A stretch of DNA of 64,000 bases from Alphaproteobacteria bacterium (GTDB lineage Bacteria > Pseudomonadota > Alphaproteobacteria > Bin95). The translations under genes and the position numbers were made by a program. Positions within the stretch are counted from its first letter, which is position 1. Every line of letters begins with the position of its first letter. Positions 46,027-56,600 of the stretch are shown piece after piece. The stretch spans positions 33,108-97,107 of the forward strand of contig JAWLBX010000007.1 in the NCBI GenBank assembly GCA_041687435.1, given 5' to 3'. The notes below the pieces were generated by a model. It was not told the origin of the DNA, did not search any database, and was given only the letters and a program-made list of their open reading frames with translations.

Positions 46027-47877
46027 TCAGCGCCCCCGTGGCGGACCCGGCCGGGTGCGTTCGTCGTCAAACAGGTCGGTGAGCTGCGCCATCATCGCCC
46101 CGCCCAACTGATCCGCATCGAAAATGGTCACAGCGCGGCGGTAGTACCGGGTCACATCGTGACCGATACCGATTGCAATCAACTCCACCGGCGACCGGCG
46201 CTCAATATACTCAATCACGTCACGCAGGTGCTTTTCCAGGTAGTTGCCCGGATTCACCGAAAGTGTCGAGTCATCGACCGGCGCGCCGTCGGAAATGACC
46301 ATGAGGATACGGCGGTCTTCCGGACGGTTAACGATGCGGCTGTGCGCCCACAGCAGCGCCTCACCGTCAATATTCTCCTTCAGGATACCTTCGCGCAGCA
46401 TCAGCCCCAGGTTCCGGCGCGCCCGGCGCCAGGGTGCATCGGCTTCCTTGTAGATGATGTGGCGCAGGTCGTTGAGCCGGCCAGGGTTGGAGGGCTTGCC
46501 CTCCGCCAGCCATTTCTCCCGGCTCTGGCCGCCTTTCCACGCCCGTGTGGTAAAGCCCAGAATTTCCACCCGCACACCGCAACGCTCCAACGTGCGCGCC
46601 ATAATGTCAGCGCACATGGCGGCCACGGTGATTGGCCGGCCGCGCATGGAGCCGGAATTGTCGATCAACAGGGTCACGACCGTATCCCGGAACTCTGTCT
46701 CCCGCTCCATCTTATAGCTGAGCGAGTGCGTCGGCTGGGCAACAATGCGGGCCAACCGCGCGGTATCCAGGATGCCTTCTTCCAGGTCGAAATCCCAGGA
46801 TCGGGTCTGCTGGGCCATCAGCTTGCGTTGCAGACGGTTGGCAAGCCGGGTGACGACGCCCTGCAATGCCGCCAACTGTTGATCCAAATGATGGCGGAGA
46901 CGGCCAAGCTCGTCGTCGTCGCAGAGAGCCTCCGCAGTGACAATTTCATCGTACTGCGCAGTGAAGGGACGGTAGATTGCGGCGCCGCTGTTGGACCGGT
47001 CCATCGGCCGCTGCTGCGGCGTCGTGGAGCCATCCATCTCATCCTCGCCGAGGGCTGCGTCCTCGTCCATCTCCATCTCGCCCTCTTCCATGGACGAGTC
47101 GTCGCTATCGGAGGAATCCATCTCCCCCTGGGCGGACATGGAGGATGTGTCGTCGCTTTCGCCGGAATCGTCGGACTCCGATTCCTGCTGGTCTTCTGAC
47201 TGTTCGCCTTCTTCCTGATCGTCGGTGTCGTCGCTGAATTCCGCTTCGAGATCCAGCTCCTGGAGCAGTTCGTGCACCATGTTGGCGAACGCTGTCTGGT
47301 CGTGCGCCGAATCGTTCAGGTGCCGCATCGAGTCCATCGCGGAGTCCGACACTTTCTCCCGCAATTGATCGACCAGGGTACTGGCATCGGCCGGGACTTC
47401 CTGGCCGGTCATCGCCTCCCGGGCCAGCATGGCCAACAGGTCGGGCAACTGACCGGCTTCCACCTCGGTCATGCGGGCATATCCCTTGCGCCGGCACTGT
47501 TCTTCCAGCGCCGCCTGAAGGTTCTCGGCCACGCCCGAACGGTGGCGGGTGCCAAGTGCCTCGCACCGCACCTGTTCGACCGCATCGAACACCGCGCGGG
47601 CGGTCTTCGATTTCGGACTGAGTTTGCGGTGCATTTTCGGATCGTGGTGCCGTTTCTTCAGCGCCATCGAGTCCGACTCGCCCCGGATCTGAGCGACCTC
47701 GTTCGCGGGCAGGTTGCGCGCTGGCATTTGCAGACGCGCCGTATTGCCATCCATGCGAGCAGGATCGGGGCCGAACACGACCTCGATCTCGTCATTCGTC
47801 TTTGCAAGCGCACGCATGGTGGAGGCGGTCGCTCGCTTGAAGTCCTCAAGCGCTGATCGCTTCTCGGGCGTAGCCAT
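46027..47877 (-). CDS. cobT: Cobaltochelatase subunit CobT-like (vWA domain, acidic linker)
   Basis: CobT-type N-terminus, a long Asp/Glu/Ser-rich tract, and a C-terminal vWA/MIDAS region ([11 protein letters not shown]). Confidence 0.9.
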   Translation of the reverse strand: MATPEKRSALEDFKRATASTMRALAKTNDEIEVVFGPDPARMDGNTARLQMPARNLPANEVAQIRGESDSMALKKRHHDPKMHRKLSPKSKTARAVFDAVEQVRCEALGTRHRSGVAENLQAALEEQCRRKGYARMTEVEAGQLPDLLAMLAREAMTGQEVPADASTLVDQLREKVSDSAMDSMRHLNDSAHDQTAFANMVHELLQELDLEAEFSDDTDDQEEGEQSEDQQESESDDSGESDDTSSMSAQGEMDSSDSDDSSMEEGEMEMDEDAALGEDEMDGSTTPQQRPMDRSNSGAAIYRPFTAQYDEIVTAEALCDDDELGRLRHHLDQQLAALQGVVTRLANRLQRKLMAQQTRSWDFDLEEGILDTARLARIVAQPTHSLSYKMERETEFRDTVVTLLIDNSGSMRGRPITVAAMCADIMARTLERCGVRVEILGFTTRAWKGGQSREKWLAEGKPSNPGRLNDLRHIIYKEADAPWRRARRNLGLMLREGILKENIDGEALLWAHSRIVNRPEDRRILMVISDGAPVDDSTLSVNPGNYLEKHLRDVIEYIERRSPVELIAIGIGHDVTRYYRRAVTIFDADQLGGAMMAQLTDLFDDERTRPGPPRGR

Positions 47878-47900
47878 AAGCCCTCCTCCCTATCGCGGCC

Positions 47901-48896
47901 CTACTCGGCCGCGCGCGCGACCACGGATTCCGGCAGTTCCTGGCCAAAGCAACGCTGATAATATTCAGCCACCAGAGAGCGCTCTGACTCGTCGCACTTG
48001 TTCAGGAAGGTGAACCGGAAAGCCATGCCGATATCACCAAAGATCTCGTTATTTTCGGCCCAGGTGAGCACCGTGCGCGGCGACATGACGGTGGAAATAT
48101 CACCCTTGATAAAGGCATGACGGGTCATATCCGCCAGCGCAACCATTTGCGCCACCAGCTTCTGGCCCTCTGGCGTTTGCAGTGCCGGCACCTTGGAAGA
48201 GACGATCTTTACCTCCTCCTCGGCTTCCAGATAGTTCAAAGTCACGACGATATTCCAGCGGTCCATCTGGCCCTGGTTGATCTGCTGCGTGCCATGATAG
48301 AGGCCGGTGGTGTCGCCAAGGCCGACGGTGTTGGCCGTCGAGAACAGGCGGAAACCCTTGTGCGGGCGGATCACGCGGCTTTGGTCCAGCAGGGTCAGTT
48401 TGCCCTCGACTTCGAGAACGCGCTGGATGACGAACATCACATCCGGGCGGCCGGCATCGTACTCATCAAACACCAACGCGGTCGGGTGTTGCAGCGCCCA
48501 TGGCAGCAGGCCCTCGCGAAACTCGGTCACCTGCTGACCGTCACGCAAAACGATGGCATCCTTGCCGACCAGGTCGATACGGCTGACATGGCTATCGAGG
48601 TTGACGCGGATACACGGCCAGTTCAGCCGCGACGCCACTTGCTCGATATGAGTCGACTTACCGGTACCATGATAACCCTGTATCATCACGCGCCGATTGT
48701 GGGCGAAGCCCGCCAGGATCGCGAGCGTGGTCTGCGGGTCGAAATGGTAGGTATCGTCGAGATCCGGCACATGTTCGCTGCCTTCGGAGAAGGCCGGCAC
48801 GATCATATCGGTGTCGATGCCAAAGGTCTCGCGAACCGAAACCTGGGTATCCGGCATCCCGGTTGGCATGCCAGTGGAATCTTTTTCAACGCTCAT
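47901..48896 (-). CDS. cobS: Cobaltochelatase subunit CobS-like (MoxR-type AAA+ ATPase)
   Basis: Walker [10 protein letters not shown] and Walker B LVFDEYD. 331 aa. Confidence 0.92.
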   Translation of the reverse strand: MSVEKDSTGMPTGMPDTQVSVRETFGIDTDMIVPAFSEGSEHVPDLDDTYHFDPQTTLAILAGFAHNRRVMIQGYHGTGKSTHIEQVASRLNWPCIRVNLDSHVSRIDLVGKDAIVLRDGQQVTEFREGLLPWALQHPTALVFDEYDAGRPDVMFVIQRVLEVEGKLTLLDQSRVIRPHKGFRLFSTANTVGLGDTTGLYHGTQQINQGQMDRWNIVVTLNYLEAEEEVKIVSSKVPALQTPEGQKLVAQMVALADMTRHAFIKGDISTVMSPRTVLTWAENNEIFGDIGMAFRFTFLNKCDESERSLVAEYYQRCFGQELPESVVARAAE

Positions 48897-48922
48897 ACGG
48901 AAGTTTCCAACGCACTTTGGGC

Positions 48923-49477
48923 TTAGGTCGATAACGGTCGTAGCAGTGTCATATACGCTTCCCGCAATTCTTTGAAGCGCTCTTCTGCATGCGGATCGTC
49001 AGGGTTCAGGTCCGGGTGCGCCGCTTTTACCCTGCTGCGGTAGCAGGCCTTCAGCGACGCTTTAGTGTACGGGGTCGCTAACCCCAGAGTCGATGCTGCA
49101 CGGCATTCTGCCGCAGTTGCTGGGCGACGGCCGGTTTTGGGGCGCCGGTTTGTCGCCGTTTTCCCATGCTTTCCGGCGCTTGCACCGGGGCCATTGCCGC
49201 GGCTGAAGGGCCAGGTTGGCCGCTGCCAGATGGTATCCCTGCGCCGTTCCTGTTCGATCTCATCGGCAGACATGCCGGCGAAATAGTTCCAGGCGCGGTT
49301 GTATTCGCGCGCATGTTCCTTGCAGAACCAATACCGGTCAGTCAGCCGGGTGCGGCTCCGCGGCGCAGGGTGAGGGCCATCGGCCTCGCAGCCTTCCCAA
49401 TCGCATTGCCGAATATCCTCGGCAGTCTGCCCGTCGGGATTCTCCGTTTCGACAGCGGCAAATGCGAATTGTTTCAT
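48923..49477 (-). CDS. J-domain protein
   Basis: C-terminal J domain with HPD ([20 protein letters not shown]). The N-terminal region has [14 protein letters not shown] 49477 (MKQFAF). Confidence 0.8.
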   Translation of the reverse strand: MKQFAFAAVETENPDGQTAEDIRQCDWEGCEADGPHPAPRSRTRLTDRYWFCKEHAREYNRAWNYFAGMSADEIEQERRRDTIWQRPTWPFSRGNGPGASAGKHGKTATNRRPKTGRRPATAAECRAASTLGLATPYTKASLKACYRSRVKAAHPDLNPDDPHAEERFKELREAYMTLLRPLST

Positions 49478-49538
49478 CGGGTCGGTCACGCGGCCAGGGC
49501 CTCGTTTCAGGGCACCGTTCGGGTTCAGGAGGGCAGGT

Positions 49539-50846
49539 CTAGGCGGTTTGCTCGCGCACCAGTTGGTCGATGGCATCTGCAAAAGCGTCAAGGGTCTGCC
49601 GGACATCGGCTTCTGTGTGCGCCCAACTGATGTAGTGCTTGCCCTCGCTTTTCAAAATGCCACGCTCTCGCATCAACTGATTCCAGCGGGTGGTGAGCAC
49701 CGGCTCACTCTTCGACGAGCGGTAGTCGACCACATCCTTATCGGTGAAAATCACGTCGAACATCGGCGCATCGCCAACCACCCGGGCCTTGAGGCCGGCC
49801 TTGGCGAGCTTTTCTGTATAGCCATCCATCAGCGCCCGGCCGACCGAGAAAATGTGATCATAGGCACCGGGTCGCTTCAGGATTTCCAGGGTCTTGAGAC
49901 CGGCCGCTGCCGCTACCGGGTTTCCGGAAAGCGTGCCGACCTGGGTCATGAATTTGTCCTCGGCCACGGCTTTCTTGTCGAAATGGGCCATGATTTCGGC
50001 ACTCGCTGCGATAGCCGCCAGCGGGAAGCCGCCGCCAATGGCCTTGCCCAGCGTACAGATGTCGGGGATGACGCCGTAATAGGCCTGTGCGCCGCCATAG
50101 GCGAAGCGGAAACCAGTCACCACCTCGTCGAAAATCAGCAGCAGGCCATGCTCCTTGGTGATACGGCGCAGGCCTTCCAGAAAACCCGGCTTCGGGGGAA
50201 TCAGGCGTTGGAACGGCTCGGCCATGATCGCCGCGATTTCATGCTTGTGCTCCTTCACCAGCGCCTCGACCGTTTCCAGGTCGTTGTAGGGTGCCACCAG
50301 CATTTCCGCCTGGACGCTAGCGGGGATACCCGCGCTATCCGGCACGCCTTGTGGAAAGTTGCTGAATTTGGTGGGCGCCAGGCTGATCAGACCGTAGTCG
50401 CTCATGCCGTGATAGCCGCCCTCGAACTTCAGGATCTTGTCCTTGCCCGTATGGGCGCGGGCGAGCCGCATGGCGTAAGCGTCGGCCTCCGACCCGCTGG
50501 AGACAAAGCGAACCTGTTCGGCACAAGCAACGGCATCGACGATTTCCGCAGCCAGCAGAATGCCATCGGCATTGTTAGTGAAATAGGTCGAACCCTTCGC
50601 AACCCGATCCTGCACGACTTCGGTCACTTCCGGGTTGGCATGACCGACGATCATCGGACCGGAACCGATCAGGTAGTCGATATATTCGTTGCCCTCCACA
50701 TCCCAGACATGTCCTGCCAAACCGCGTTCTATGATGATGTCATAGCCGACATTGCCAAACCCACCGGCTGGCATCGCCTTGCGGGCGATTGCAACCAGTT
50801 CGGCCTGAGAAAGACCGGAGGCGCTCGACATTTGGGTATCCGGCAT
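49539..50846 (-). CDS. Class III PLP aminotransferase (glutamate-1-semialdehyde aminomutase-like)
   Basis: Contains SGSEADAYAMRLAR, FDEVVTGFR and the PLP-Lys region TLGKAIGGG. Confidence 0.9.
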   Translation of the reverse strand: MPDTQMSSASGLSQAELVAIARKAMPAGGFGNVGYDIIIERGLAGHVWDVEGNEYIDYLIGSGPMIVGHANPEVTEVVQDRVAKGSTYFTNNADGILLAAEIVDAVACAEQVRFVSSGSEADAYAMRLARAHTGKDKILKFEGGYHGMSDYGLISLAPTKFSNFPQGVPDSAGIPASVQAEMLVAPYNDLETVEALVKEHKHEIAAIMAEPFQRLIPPKPGFLEGLRRITKEHGLLLIFDEVVTGFRFAYGGAQAYYGVIPDICTLGKAIGGGFPLAAIAASAEIMAHFDKKAVAEDKFMTQVGTLSGNPVAAAAGLKTLEILKRPGAYDHIFSVGRALMDGYTEKLAKAGLKARVVGDAPMFDVIFTDKDVVDYRSSKSEPVLTTRWNQLMRERGILKSEGKHYISWAHTEADVRQTLDAFADAIDQLVREQTA

Positions 50847-51319
50847 GAGGGGGTATCCTTGATTGACGGTTAAACTGCGGATGCTCTATCCGCCGCGTCC
50901 GAGCGGCGGGCACCAGCCTGACAATTGGCAGTATCTGCGGCAGCGATCGAAAACAGGTTGAGGCCGAAAACCTCCACTTCCTCCATCATCGCTTCCTCAC
51001 CCGGTGAAATCGGGATGGTGATATAATCCGTTATCAAAGGGCCTTTCTGCAAGCGTTTCCGCACGGAACACGCGCACGCAGAGCGCGACAATGACTACGC
51101 GCAGATTCGCAATAGCCACGTTCGATCGGTCTAAGAATCAGAGTCGACGGTTGCCACAAGTGTCAGCAAAGACCAGATATGAAGGGGAGTTCTGAGATAG
51201 CGATGCCAGAATTTCATCGCGCAGCTTGCGGCGGGCAAGTGGGTCGGCAGCATGATTCTGGCGTTGGCAGGACGGCACCTGCTAACGTTTCCCCCAGCCC
51301 CTTTGCGAATGGAGCATGC

Positions 51320-51742
51320 ATGAAATATTTGGGCGATGCTCCAGCCGGAAAGACATGGTTCCGGTTGGAAACCGAGGCCGAGGCGGAATTGGAATCCGCC
51401 GCCATGGGCCACGCCGTGGCCAAACACTTCCTGCGCGCCATGGCAGAGGCTCGGCGCAGCTATGTGCCAACGTCCTCAGTCTCGTTCGAGGCGAACATTG
51501 GGTTGAACGCCCATTTGCAGCGGACCATGCCTTTATTCGTCACGCTGCGGGATACGGATGGCGAGACCCACGTCACCGCCATGCTGCCGCCAAACGGACA
51601 AGATGACCCGCGCTTTCGGCCGGTTATCGTCGGCCGTAATAACAGCGATCCCTACCCCGACCATGGCGAAGCAATCGAGGCGCTGGCGGCTATCTACGGT
51701 CTCCGCCTGGACCGGGCGCGATGTTATCCTTACGGTCGGTAG
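51320..51742 (+). CDS. Hypothetical protein
   Basis: 140 aa from ATG 51320, preceded by GGAG. No family recognised. Confidence 0.45.
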   Translation: MKYLGDAPAGKTWFRLETEAEAELESAAMGHAVAKHFLRAMAEARRSYVPTSSVSFEANIGLNAHLQRTMPLFVTLRDTDGETHVTAMLPPNGQDDPRFRPVIVGRNNSDPYPDHGEAIEALAAIYGLRLDRARCYPYGR

Positions 51743-51748
51743 GCCGGT

Positions 51749-52558
51749 TCAGCGGCCCTGGAAAGCAGGCTTACGCTTTTCCATGAAGGCAGTATAGCCT
51801 TCCGTATAGTCACGGCTGGCAAAGCAGGCTTCGACCATTTCTGCTACGGCGGCGAGGTTGCGGGCGCTTTCGTCTTGAATTGCAGCGTTGACCGCAGCCT
51901 TGGCGGCGCGGATGGTCATCGGCGCGTTGTGCTTGATGATGGTGCAATATTCAAGGACCGCTATCTCCAACTGATCCGTCGGCACGACCCGGTTGACCAG
52001 GCCCATGATGCGAGCGTCCTCCGCCGTGAAAGGCTTGCCAAGGAAAAAGATTTCCTTGGCGAAAGTCGGCCCTACCAGGTCGACCAACTGGCGAATGCCG
52101 TCATAGCCATAGCCTACGCCCAGCTTCGCCGCCGGCACGCCGAAATGGCTGTCGTCCGAACAGATGCGGATGTCGGCGTCGAGGGAGATGGCTGCACCGC
52201 CGCCCATGCACCAGCCCCTGATCTGGGCGATCAACGGCTTTTCCAGCGCGCTCATGGCGGCATGCGCACGGTCGCCGGAAAGATCGTATTCCCGGGTCTG
52301 TTCCGGAGAGGAACGCATGCTCTCGAACTCAGAGATATCGGCGCCGGAAACGAACGCCTTGTCCCCTGCCCCTTTCATGACGACCACGCGCACGTCCGGG
52401 TCGTTCTGGAACCGATCCATGATCGGCGGGATCGCCTCCCACATGGCATAGGTCATGGCATTGCGCTTTTCCGGCTGGTTAAAAATCATCCAGCCGATAC
52501 CGTCGCGCTTCTCGGCGATCATGCGGCCGCCGGCGTATTCGGTCGTGGTCATTGTCAT
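51749..52558 (-). CDS. Enoyl-CoA hydratase/isomerase (crotonase) family protein
   Basis: Crotonase pattern: NAMTYAMW..., VVVMKGAGDKAFVSGADI, and G..MGGG. Confidence 0.9.
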   Translation of the reverse strand: MTMTTTEYAGGRMIAEKRDGIGWMIFNQPEKRNAMTYAMWEAIPPIMDRFQNDPDVRVVVMKGAGDKAFVSGADISEFESMRSSPEQTREYDLSGDRAHAAMSALEKPLIAQIRGWCMGGGAAISLDADIRICSDDSHFGVPAAKLGVGYGYDGIRQLVDLVGPTFAKEIFFLGKPFTAEDARIMGLVNRVVPTDQLEIAVLEYCTIIKHNAPMTIRAAKAAVNAAIQDESARNLAAVAEMVEACFASRDYTEGYTAFMEKRKPAFQGR

Positions 52559-52568
52559 TTTCCAAACT

Positions 52569-52661
52569 CGTCATTGCGAGCCCCGGCCATAGGTCGGGCT
52601 GCCGCAATCAATTGGCGGTTGTCTTGGATTGCTTCGTCGGCGCCGCCTCCTCGCAATGACG
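52569..52661. repeat. Perfect 12-bp inverted repeat (CGTCATTGCGAG / CTCGCAATGACG) separated by 69 nt, intercistronic
   Basis: Read directly from the sequence. The left arm is 52569-52580 and the right arm is 52650-52661. An inner sub-palindrome CCGCAATCAATTGGCGG is also present. Confidence 0.8.
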
Positions 52662-52687
52662 GCGAGGAAGAACCGCACGCTTCGGAC

Positions 52688-53878
52688 CTACACCACACCC
52701 TTGTCGTGCATGCCCTTGATCGAGGCTGCGTCATAGCCGAGCTCCGCCAGGATCGCATCCGTATGCTCGCCCTGCTCCGGCGTAGCTGTGCGGATCTGAT
52801 GCGGAGTGCGCGAGAGGCGGATAGCTTGGTTGACCACACCGAACTCGCCAAGGCGCGGATGCTGTACCGGCGTCGCCATTTCCAAATGCTTCACCTGCGG
52901 ATCGGCGAACATTTCCGCCATATTGTAGATCGGGCCGCAGGGCACGCCCTTTTCCTCGAACAGTTCCACCCAATACTGGCTGGGCTTGTGCTGCGTTACC
53001 TCGGCTATGACGGCGTTCATCTCCTTGCGGTTTTTCGAGCGCTTTGGCGCGGTGTCGAAACGCTCGTCCGTCAGCCATTCCTCATGGCCCATGGCCTTGC
53101 AAAAGCGCTCGTAGATCGGACCGCCGGCCACGGCAATGTTGATGTGGCCGTCGGAGGTGGGGAATACGCCAGTGGGAATGCTGGTTGGGTGGTCATTGCC
53201 GGCGGTCTCGGGAATCTCCCCTTCCTTCAAATAGCGGGCGGCTTGGAAGTCCAGCATCTGGATCTGGGCCTGGAGCAGGCTGGTCTTGACCCACTGACCC
53301 TTGCCGGATTGCTCGCGTTCCAGCAGCGCCAGCAGAATGCCCTGCGCGCAGAACATGCCGGCGCAGAGGTCCGCGACCGGAATGCCGACGCGCATCGGCC
53401 CGCGGCCCGGCTCCCCGGTAATTGACATGAGGCCACCCATGCCCTGCGCGATCTGGTCGAATCCCGGCCGGTCGCGATATGGCCCGTCCTCACCAAAGCC
53501 GGAGATCGAACCCAAGATGATACGCGGGTTCACCTTGGCGAGGCTTTCGTAGTCGATGCCGAGCCGGAATTTCACGTCGGCGCGGTAGTTCTCGACCACC
53601 ACGTCGGCATCCTTCACCAGCTTCATGAACACTTCGAGCCCCGCCGGCTCTTTCAGATTCAGAGTGAGCGAGCGCTTGTTGCGATGCAGGTTTTGGAAGT
53701 CGGAACCGTCGCGCGCCCCCCCCAACCCCTCCTTGCCATCCGGCGGGGTCTCGACCTTGATCACATCCGCGCCCCAGTCGGCCAGTTGGCGCACGCAGGT
53801 AGGCCCGGCGCGAACACGGGTCAGGTCGAGCACTTTGAAGCGCGAGAGCGGCAGGCCGGTGGTGGCGGTCGCGGGCAT
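52688..53878 (-). CDS. Family III CoA-transferase (CaiB/BaiF)
   Basis: Contains RFKVLDLTRVRAGPTCVRQLADWGADVIKVE. ATG 53878. Confidence 0.9.
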   Translation of the reverse strand: MPATATTGLPLSRFKVLDLTRVRAGPTCVRQLADWGADVIKVETPPDGKEGLGGARDGSDFQNLHRNKRSLTLNLKEPAGLEVFMKLVKDADVVVENYRADVKFRLGIDYESLAKVNPRIILGSISGFGEDGPYRDRPGFDQIAQGMGGLMSITGEPGRGPMRVGIPVADLCAGMFCAQGILLALLEREQSGKGQWVKTSLLQAQIQMLDFQAARYLKEGEIPETAGNDHPTSIPTGVFPTSDGHINIAVAGGPIYERFCKAMGHEEWLTDERFDTAPKRSKNRKEMNAVIAEVTQHKPSQYWVELFEEKGVPCGPIYNMAEMFADPQVKHLEMATPVQHPRLGEFGVVNQAIRLSRTPHQIRTATPEQGEHTDAILAELGYDAASIKGMHDKGVV

Positions 53879-53993
53879 GGAGGGGGGTTCCTCGTCAGGG
53901 GGCAATAAAAATGTCACCTGATGTGATAGCGCACCCAGCCGCACCCTGCCAAGCGGCTGGAGCCTCTACCGACCGACCGAACTGGTCTTGCTT

Positions 53994-55067
53994 TTACACG
54001 TTGGACCCTTTGATCGCTTCGATCACCGCATCCGTCACTTCCCGCGTCGTCGCCTTGCCGCCCACGTCTGCCGTCATGATGCCGGCACCGCAGACCTGAT
54101 CGACGGCCCGCATCAGCCGCTCGGCGGCGGCGGCTTCACCCAGATGCTCCAACATTTGCGCGCCAGTCCAGAAGGTGGCGACCGGGTTGGCGATGCCCTT
54201 GCCGGTAATGTCGAAGGCGGAGCCATGAATAGGCTCGAACATGGAGGGGAAATGACCTTCCGGGTTGATGTTAGCCGTCGGCGCAACTCCGATGCTGCCA
54301 GCCAGCGCACCGGCCAAGTCCGACAGAATGTCGGCGTGCAGGTTGGTGGCGACGATGGTGTCAAGGCTTTTGGGGTTGAGCGTCATGCGCACGGTCATGG
54401 CGTCGACGAGCATCTTATCCCAGGTGACATCCGGGAATTCCTGCGCAACCTCGGCCGCGATCTCGTCCCACATCACCATGCCGAAGCGCTGCGCATTCGA
54501 TTTGGTCACGACCGTCAGAAACTTACGCGGGCGCGACTGCGCAATCCGGAAGGCGTAGCGCATGATCCGGGTCACGCCGGTGCGGGTGAAGATGGCGACC
54601 TCTGTGCCGACTTCTTCCGGCTGTCCGCGATGCGTTCGCCCACCATTGCCGGAATACTCGCCCTCTGAGTTCTCGCGCACAATCACCCAGTCCAGGTCGC
54701 CAACCTCAACATTGCGAAGCGGTGAGGTGATCCCGGGCAGGATTCTGGTAGGCCGCACATTCGCGTACTGGTCGAAATTTTGGCAGATATTGAGGCGCAG
54801 GCCCCAAAGCGTAATGTGATCCGGCACGTCCGGCGCACCGACGGCGCCAAAATAAATGGCGTCAAATGGCTTTAACTGATCCAGGCCATCCGCCGGCATC
54901 ATCACGCCATTTTTGCGATAATAGTCCGTACCCCAGTCAAAAGTACGAAACGAGAATTTCACGTCGCCGATGCGTTCGGCCAACGCCTCCAGCACGGCGA
55001 TACCGGACTCAATAACCTCGGGGCCGATTCCATCGGCGGGAATAGCGGCGATCTTGTGTTCACGCAT
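53994..55067 (-). CDS. Tartrate dehydrogenase/decarboxylase (isocitrate/isopropylmalate dehydrogenase family)
   Basis: Contains MREHKIAAIPADGIGPEV, NLHADILSDL and GSAFDITGKGIANP. 357 aa from ATG 55067. The 531-aa version in the track is over-extended. Confidence 0.88.
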   Translation of the reverse strand: MREHKIAAIPADGIGPEVIESGIAVLEALAERIGDVKFSFRTFDWGTDYYRKNGVMMPADGLDQLKPFDAIYFGAVGAPDVPDHITLWGLRLNICQNFDQYANVRPTRILPGITSPLRNVEVGDLDWVIVRENSEGEYSGNGGRTHRGQPEEVGTEVAIFTRTGVTRIMRYAFRIAQSRPRKFLTVVTKSNAQRFGMVMWDEIAAEVAQEFPDVTWDKMLVDAMTVRMTLNPKSLDTIVATNLHADILSDLAGALAGSIGVAPTANINPEGHFPSMFEPIHGSAFDITGKGIANPVATFWTGAQMLEHLGEAAAAERLMRAVDQVCGAGIMTADVGGKATTREVTDAVIEAIKGSNV

Positions 55068-55184
55068 GGGGTTCCATTCCTGCTGGGAATTGTATGACGC
55101 GGCCTGTGTGCCCCGGCGGGCGCCGCAAGTCACGATGGCATTTGGTCGGGCCGAACCGGCGGGATTGCCGGCCCGGCACCGGCC

Positions 55185-56573
55185 ATGTATTCCGGAGCCA
55201 ACCGCCACGAACCCGCGCGAGGTCCACCGTTGAGCCTGTTCCTGAAATTGCAACACCGCGCCGAAGTTGGCAAACCGCTGCGCGTCGGCCTGATCGGCGC
55301 CGGCAAATTTGGCTCCATGTTCCTGGCACAGGCGCAGCGGGCGCCGGGTATTCATATCGTCGGCATCGCCGATATTCGGCCTGACGCCGCGCGGTCCAAC
55401 CTGGAATATGTCGGCTGGACGGCTGAGCAATATGCAGCAGCCAATCTGGACGACGCGGCCAGGACCGGCGCAACCTGTGTGACCGACGATGCCCAGGCGC
55501 TGATCCAGCATCCGGCCGTGGACATCGTGATCGAGGCGACCGGCCACCCGCCCGCCGCGGTCGAGCATTGCCTCTCCGCGTTCACCCACGGCAAAAACGT
55601 GGTCAATGTCACGGTAGAGGCGGATGCGTTCTGCGGTTACGGTTTGGCATTACAAGCCGCGAAGGCGGGCGTGCTCTATAGCATGGCCTATGGCGATCAG
55701 CCGGCGTTGACTTGCGACCTGGTGGACTGGGCGCGCACCTGCGGCTTCATCGTGACCGCCGCCGGACGCGGCCACAAATGGCTGCCGGAATACCGGCAAT
55801 CCACACCCGAAACCGTATGGGACTATTGGGGTTTAACCGCCGAGCAGGCGGAACGCGGCCGGCTGAACCCAAAAATGTTCAACGCTTTTCTGGATGGTTC
55901 GAAACCGGCCATCGAGTCCGCCGCCATCGCCAACGCCACAGGCCTGGCGGTGCCGCAAAGCGGCCTCCTGCTGCCGCCGGGCTCGGTCGACGACATTCCC
56001 ACACTGATGCGCCCGAAGGCTGAAGGGGGCGTGCTGGAGCATGAAGGCATGGTCGAGGTCGTCTCCAGCCTGACGCGCGACGGCACGCCGATCGCCAACG
56101 ATATCCGCAAGGGTGTCTGGGTCTGCTTCCGCGGCGATACGGATTACATCAAGAACTGTTTCGAGGAATATCAGGTCACCACCGACCCGAGCGGTCGTTA
56201 TATGGCGCTCTACAAGAAATGGCACCTGATCGGGCTGGAACTGGCTTATTCCGTTGCCTCCATCGGCCTGCGCGGCGAGGCGACCGGCGTAGCGCGCCAC
56301 TTCAACGGCGATGTGGTGGCGCTAGCCAAGCGCGACCTCGTCGCGGGGGAAATTCTGGACGGTGAAGGCGGTTACACCGTCTCTGGTGGGTTGCGGCCCG
56401 CGGCAGCGTCGGTGGAGGCCGGCATGATACCGCTTGGCCTCGCGCACAATGTGAAGCTACTGCGCCCGGTCAAGGATGGCCAGCCAATCACCTGGGCCGA
56501 TGTGCAGGCCGATGAGACCAGCGCCGCCTACAAGCTGCGGCGTGGAATGGAGCAGACGGCGTTCGGGCGCTGA
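55185..56573 (+). CDS. NAD(P)-binding oxidoreductase with C-terminal SAF domain (homoserine-dehydrogenase-like)
   Basis: Rossmann motif RVGLIGAGKFGSMF, with a C-terminal SAF-like segment (GEILDGEGGYTVSG). The start is uncertain. Confidence 0.7.
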   Translation: MYSGANRHEPARGPPLSLFLKLQHRAEVGKPLRVGLIGAGKFGSMFLAQAQRAPGIHIVGIADIRPDAARSNLEYVGWTAEQYAAANLDDAARTGATCVTDDAQALIQHPAVDIVIEATGHPPAAVEHCLSAFTHGKNVVNVTVEADAFCGYGLALQAAKAGVLYSMAYGDQPALTCDLVDWARTCGFIVTAAGRGHKWLPEYRQSTPETVWDYWGLTAEQAERGRLNPKMFNAFLDGSKPAIESAAIANATGLAVPQSGLLLPPGSVDDIPTLMRPKAEGGVLEHEGMVEVVSSLTRDGTPIANDIRKGVWVCFRGDTDYIKNCFEEYQVTTDPSGRYMALYKKWHLIGLELAYSVASIGLRGEATGVARHFNGDVVALAKRDLVAGEILDGEGGYTVSGGLRPAAASVEAGMIPLGLAHNVKLLRPVKDGQPITWADVQADETSAAYKLRRGMEQTAFGR

Positions 56574-56600
56574 TACTGGCGGCGGCTCCCGGGAACACCG

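Noticed and set aside
47020-47250. A highly repetitive-looking GA/GAC/GAG/TC-rich DNA tract.
   Set aside because: It encodes the Asp/Glu/Ser-rich acidic linker typical of CobT. It is not a DNA-level tandem repeat or a mobile element.
50870-51091. A 73-aa minus-strand ORF (TTG start) in the 473-nt gap upstream of the class III aminotransferase. Overlapping ORFs 51131..51427 (-) and 51214..51441 (-) are included here.
   Set aside because: It has no Shine-Dalgarno sequence, no motif and an unconvincing composition. The gap may hold a promoter, leader or sRNA, but I could not recognise any riboswitch or structured element.
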